64,000 bases of DNA from Balanoglossus misakiensis (Eukaryota; Animalia; Hemichordata): assembly GCA_040954595.2 (NCBI GenBank), contig CM082587.2:961622-1025621 (forward strand). Direction: 5' to 3'. The translations under genes were made by a program, and so were the position numbers. The notes beneath the pieces were generated by a model. It was not told the DNA's origin. It saw only the letters and a list, made by a program, of their open reading frames with translations, and searched no databases. Of this stretch, positions 58,101 to 64,000 are shown piece by piece; the first letter of the stretch is position 1; each line of letters begins with the position of its first letter.

Positions 58101-61100
58101 CGACTATGAATGATGGTCTCCCGATTAAAAGATGTTGGCGTCAGTTTTGATCTGGTCTCTTGTATTTGTGGGGATGGACTCTTTGATTTCTGATCAAGCG
58201 ACGGTGGTTCAAACACCGGTGTTGGAGATCTGCAATCAGACATTGGCGAGTCTGTATACCCCGGAGGATATTCTGATCTTAGCTGCAGTTGAGACTGGAT
58301 GCTTCTTGGGGGCACTTCCGTTGATGGCGGCGTCTTCGGTCGCTGATTGTCGGTGATGACGTCACTTGACTGTCGCGGTTGTGATGCTCGCTTTCTCGTT
58401 TCGTCAAAATGTACTCGCGATGGCGATTCGGTGGCTTGCGATGTACTAACTTTTGGCGTTTCATATTCTGCTCTAAGTTCCCACGGTGATTCAAACTGTC
58501 TCTCTGTCTCCCGTTGCCGTGGCAACGCACTGCCTTGAGATGAAACGTGAGCTGGGAACGGCGTACCCGTGGAAATGCAATGAGGAGGTCTTTCTCTTGA
58601 TTTAGATGAGATTGGATACCGGTGTGTCGTCATGGCAACCGGCTGTGCCACCGCGCGCGGACTCGAACGAACTTGCACCGGATGGTATGGCCTTTCGGAC
58701 AAATTGTCGACAGAAAATTGTCTCTCAGATTTAGCTGCATTTCGTGGTGACATCTTTGCAGAAGGCGCTGGTAGAGTGTTTGATTTGTTATCGGTGATCT
58801 GTTGGTCCCAAACCCTTCTTTTCAGCATCGCACGAGGGGGGAAACTATACCTGTAAGGAGGAGGTTTTTCCTTGGCTGCCAGAGTTTCGGATCTTTGCAG
58901 ACTTTTCCGCACGACATCGGAATTCTTAAACCATTCCGGCAAATCAAGCGACTTCAGTGACTCCTGTATTCGCCTCTCCTCGCCGCTTTCCGTTCCATTA
59001 CCCACAATCCTTTTGCTGTCGCCAAGCAGATGTGGTGACTTGTAACTCATAGATGGATTAGCGGCTTGGCGCCTTTGGTCTACTGTTTCGTTCCTCTTTC
59101 CCCATATTAATCCGTCTGTCTCGACAGGCGTGTGAATTTCTCTTCTTTGATTCCTATCCAACTGAGGAGATATTAATGATGCTTGCGGTGAAAATGTCTC
59201 CGATAAACCCACCATGTCTCTCATCTCATCACCCGTCAGTTGGGTTTCTCTGACCGCCGGGTACGAATATCTGTTGGTCGGACTTCGCTTGCTTTTTGGA
59301 AGCGTGAAATTTCTCCTGTCAACTCTGGCTAAAGCATTTTCGATGGAGTCTATGGCGCTACGATACGACGGTCGCTCTCTGGGTTGGGACATTGCAGTCT
59401 CAGAAATGTTCACCTGTTGATTTCGAGTCGGTGACGTCACAGGAAGATACTGGGAAGGCGATTTGTTAATATCTCTGCGTTCATTGCAACCGTCAAGTTG
59501 TATTGGATCGGAACGTTTCCCGGCAATGGTCTGTCCTTCATTGCCAGCCCCTCCCTGCTGTCGTCCAACTCGTTGATGTGTCGCTCCGTAAGGCGGCGGT
59601 GGGGACATCGGCGACCGAGCCAGCCTTTTCGTTCGTAACATCGCCTCCCGCTGTTCCTTCTCCCTGTCACTCACGCCGCCTGTCGTCGTGAGGTCGGGTC
59701 GTTCCTGAATATCAATTCGGTTCACAGCAGACGGTTGTGAGGCCGCTGTCCTAGAAGGACCGCTCTTTTCACTGATAAAGTACTCCCTGTTCGCGTCATC
59801 ACCTTTCAAATCACGCCGTCGGGGAGGATTGACTTTCGCATACACGCCTATATATCCACCCACAGCTGATCTGATCCTAATGTCCTGATTAATATTACGA
59901 GAAACCCGCCTTTCCGTCTCGCTGCTGTCGTTCAGTGCATTCGGAACAGCTTCAAATCGCCTTGATGTTTGCATGCTGTCGTCGTAAGCACTAGACGGCC
60001 ATGCATCCACATATTGCCTCCCTTCCAGTTGGCTTGGCTCGTCGCCAGAAATCTGCGCTCGTTTATTAGGCCAGCTATTCTGCCACTGCATCTCAACGCT
60101 TGGGTCGTCCTCAAATCTTTCCTGAATAAAAAATAATCAAAATACAACCGTTACTTCATCAAATGTAATGAAAATAAACACAAACCAGTGGTGTGTGTTA
60201 TTTTCGTGCATGCGTTTGGGGCGTGCTTTGCGTTTTTGATGGATTCAACTACATTTTCAGTATTTTGTCAACAGTTTGATGTGAAGTGGCTCTCTGTCTC
60301 TCTATTTGTCTCTTTCTCTGTCTTTCTGTTTCTCTCTCTCGACGGCTGTGTGTGCGATATGTATATTATGCGCACGAACGAGTTTATCGCAAACTTATAC
60401 TGCGTATTTTTTCTGATTGACGTGACTTATGAGTTCGTGAGTCGGTAAGCTTATACACACCACGAGTCAACCTTGTTCTTGTATTATTTGCATAACAAGG
60501 GGCATTATTTTGTTGTTGTGCTTGAAAGAACAGACTTTATTCTTTTTAAAAAGACTGCGTAATATGGGGTTACAGTCAGAAGAATGCAACCAGAAACAAC
60601 AGAATTATTTTAAACCATTCTGAAACCGACGTGCGTACACAAAACCATAAATTAGTTTTTGGCAGTTTGACGTATTCCCCTGATAGCGATCTTTTAAGTT
60701 GAGTCATGTACAGGCCTAACTCAGGTGTTGATAATCAAGTTGAGGAGTACACGCGTTTGGCCTGCTCTGGGCTTATCACGCCTTGCTTTTCTTCTCTTGA
60801 CATTTTTTATTGTAGAAAATCTATCAATGTGACTCCCGCATGTTCGACAAACCTGGTCAGATCTTTCTTTTTGTAGTACATCAATAGGTGCTGGGTTGGT
60901 TTCTGTGCAATTGTGTTGAGGACTTATTTACTTGTGGGGCCCAACCTATACAACTAGCATTGGCGGTGTTTCCCAGCGTGTACAACGCCGCGTAACAAAC
61001 AAGACCATACGATGTGCTTAGCAACATCTCTTTAGAGGTCTCTCCTTGTTCAAGCCGTCCTGATTTCAAAGTAACATTGCCATATGTGGCGTGTCTTTTT

Positions 61101-62896
61101 TTCTCTCCTGTTCTGCGTATGGCGCGTCTTACCTGAGCTCCCAGTCGTAAAAGATCTTGCCTTCTGTTGTGGTGGCCTTTCATAGCGCCCCTATTATCCC
61201 CGACCACAGAGTGCGGTTCCTTCTTATGTTCGTGCATACTCGTGACCCGATCCGTTCGTTGAGTATTCGATATGTCGTCTTGGGGAAATAAATTAGAATG
61301 TCGCCAGCCCTCGGGGTCCGCCCGTACATCATCCTTATGAATGGATTTACTACTAGAGGCCGTGCTTACTGTCTGCCTGCTATTACGAGACTGGCCATTA
61401 GCGGAGTTACAACTACTTGGGCTAGCTATTCCGCTATCTGCGTCCGTTATCGTATCCCTGTTATCGTGATGAGTCACGTTCAAAGTTCTCCCGTAGTCAC
61501 CCCCTCTGTTTACGGGGCTATGGCTGGGACGGTTCTCGTAACGCATACGCATGTAGTTACTCGTTTCAACTGGATCATGTTGTTTGCCTTTGGTCGATTC
61601 CGTGGATGCATTTCCACCGTAATACGGCCGTTCCATGTACTGCTCGTAAATCCTCCTCTGGATTTCATCATAAGCAATGTCAGAGTCTACACCCCGCGGA
61701 GTCTGTGACGCACTTTCTGCTGCACCTGTGTGCATTCTTTCGTAATTAAAGTTCTGATCTACTTCTCTGTCCTGGCTTAGATGTGGTGGATAGGCTTTAA
61801 ACCCGTACGATGCTGGGCTGTCCGGAAAGCTCTCCATCGCGCCGGACTCGTACGCGTCGCTGTAAACTGCGCTTTTCGATCCGTCAGTTCCAGCCAAGCG
61901 TGTCTCCGTTCCTTTCTGGTCTTGCACTGACTTGAGATCACCTGCTTGTTGTGTCGTTGTGGTCTCCACTGAACTTTCAGTCCCTGTTTGGGGCTCTTCA
62001 CCTCCGTGAGAATCACACGACCCAGGGAAGGTCACGTTAGCGTTGACGTGGTCAAGCAGTTTGCTATTAGTGTTACTACTACGCTCACCTATCTGGGACC
62101 ACTTCAAGTGGTCTTGTTGAATCGCCTCTCCTCGATTGATCACAATGGAGCGACCACAATTAGGCAATACTCCAACCGTTTGTTTGTGATTGGTTAAAGT
62201 CTCAACCAGTATATTAACCTTGCGAGCTGTGACTTGGGCTGCATGAATCGCCTGTAACAGGCGCTCGTAATCGATCGCACTAGTTTCCAAGTCCGTGTAG
62301 ACTCCCTCATGCGGCCAACTGTTTGATTTTGCTGCGCCGCCGTTATCCCCGTCAACTGTTCGGTTTTGTCGGTCGTTGTCCGATTCTGTACCCCGGTTTC
62401 TGTTTGCACGCTCTCCACACGAGTCCTCATTTTGTTGATCATCATTATCCCCACCACCATCACCATCATCTTCATCATCACTACTACCATCATCGTTGTC
62501 GTCACTGTCATCGTCTTCATCGCTGTCTTCATCGCTCGTTTCATCACTGGCCTCCTCTGTTTCCTCCTGGATCACATGAAGACCGGAAAAGTACTGCATC
62601 CTCAGCATTTCAGATTTATTCCTGATGCGCGCATTTCCAGGATTGGTTATTTTGAATTTCTTGACGACGTTATTTCCCGAACACAAATCCTCATATTCTT
62701 CGTCGTTAATTATCTCACGGTACTCCTTATTCCCGAACCACGACCGGGAGTTGCTTTCCGGAGCTGCTCTTCTGTTGTCGTCGACGACATATCCTGGACT
62801 GGCATCGTCGCTGCTGCTGCCGTCAAGCAAATTGGCATCTACCCGCGTTGTTATCCATTTGCCGCTTGGTTGTTGAAAGAACTGCGCTCCTCGCAT
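55196..62896 (-). CDS. AJM1: Apical junction molecule 1 (AJM1/C9orf172)-like protein, ~2,230 aa, from two giant exons (62896-61133 and 60121-55196)
   Basis: C-terminal MYND-like zinc finger and AJM1-type domain: CRNKKC...[28 protein letters not shown]...LSRVARTGYLSRGRG...YNPEMKFVLNVAI...NIQRNLRQRGVSLRHRYP. Donor CAG|GTAAGA at 61133 and acceptor CAG|GAA at 60121 join in phase 0. The N-terminal ~1,900 aa are Ser/Pro/Arg-rich and likely disordered. The start may be GCCATG 62896, or an upstream exon via the acceptor at 62932. Confidence 0.85.
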
Positions 62897-64000
62897 GGCC
62901 GGCGCTGATGTCAATCCACGCCGACAGAACACCTAGGCTACTGAAGAGAACCTTTGTAGAGTAAAGACACCCAAGTACTGGCTGGCTATATCCGCTGTGT
63001 GAGACTCCCTCTGATTCGATGCACCGCGGTCACGTTCTGACAAGTGACAGATGATATTGGCGTCCTGACTTGAATGTAAATTTCCCATGGCAAGCTTATT
63101 ACAGCGGCGAGTCGACTCTGTCTCTCAAATATTGCATTACATACAATTACTCCCAAGCTCACGTCCAATTCAGTGTTCACGAATACCCGTAGGTCGAATT
63201 TTCTTGCCCAAATACCGCCACGGGGGTTGAGTTGTTCCTTTCATTGGTTGAGCCTGGTTGCTTGTATACAGCAAAATTGATTACCTATTTACACCCCCCG
63301 TTATTATGCAAGCATATTTAAGTTGTTTACATTTAACACAGAACATGTACGTACATAGATTCAATATATATGTGCTCTCACAGGCGCACACTCATACAAT
63401 AATGATATCCGAAACCAATTTATTCAGTATCGGATTAATTTCATTCCATAACGATTAAATTGTTCAGGAAAGATTGATCTGTCGATATTGAACGCTCGAT
63501 ATTGAATGGTGTCAGACACACACACTCTCTTCAGCGACACGGAAGACAGCCTATTAAGTGTCCGGATTAAGATCACGTGACGTGATCAACGATGTTACCT
63601 GGTGACTCAAGATATATCGGTTCATTTATGACGGCTCTACAAATAAAGCCACGCCCACTCTACTTTTATGAATCGATGCATGCCATGTAAACAATCGAAG
63701 ACTTAAAACGAAATTGGAATCTCTAAGGGCGTAAAGCCGCATGGATTTCGCAGTATAAGTGACTGCACCCTAGACGGCGGGCAACATTTAATTGAAGAAA
63801 TGAATTTTAGTTGGTTATAGTGGAATGGGGATTTTTTCTCGAACGGTGGCCTTTTCAAAGATGACGGTACCAGTAGAAGTCGACGAAACACGGCGTTGTT
63901 AAATTTTATAGGAATGCGGGTCGATAGCTGTAGTCTGTGGGTTTAGACTCTGACGTTGGGGTGTTATAAATTCATGTCCAATTATATACATAGATACCGA

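Noticed and set aside
55260-59691. Many short plus-strand ORFs
   Set aside because: Antisense shadows of the long AJM1 exon, with no recognisable motifs.
62194-62908. Overlapping His-, Ile- and Met-rich ORFs
   Set aside because: These are shadow frames of the GAT/GAC-rich acidic tract in the AJM1-like exon.

Overview
Eukaryotic, intron-rich genomic DNA from an invertebrate animal. Gene content suggests a non-vertebrate deuterostome such as a hemichordate or echinoderm (inference). I reconstructed six protein-coding genes by hand from GT/GC-AG junctions and reading phase. (1) A 5'-truncated, ~43-exon GRL101/LGR type-C-like GPCR (+, <121-18011). Its very large mosaic ectodomain is CTLD, an unknown domain, EGF, CTLD, FA58C, PAN, 3x FA58C, CTLD, EGF, 3x CUB, 2x CTLD, 7x LDLa and LRRs. 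It also has a furin-type RARR site inserted in the first LRR, and a cytoplasmic tail with a degenerate protein-kinase fragment and an LDLR-like FDNPVF motif. (2) A KDEL-terminated type-B carboxylesterase (-). (3) An N-terminally anchored PLP-dependent class-V C-S lyase, Egt2/LCD/CefD-like (+). (4) A mitochondrial seryl-tRNA-synthetase paralogue with degenerate catalytic motifs, SLIMP-like (-). (5) An ADAMTSL2 orthologue with one GC-AG intron (+). (6) An AJM1-like junction protein encoded by two giant exons (-). The window also holds a 60-bp palindromic MITE with a 9-bp TSD, small tandem repeats, microsatellites and an orphan terminal exon at ~44 kb. No prokaryotic features, CRISPR arrays, tRNA or rRNA were seen. 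Exon boundaries were read by eye and may be off by a few bases.
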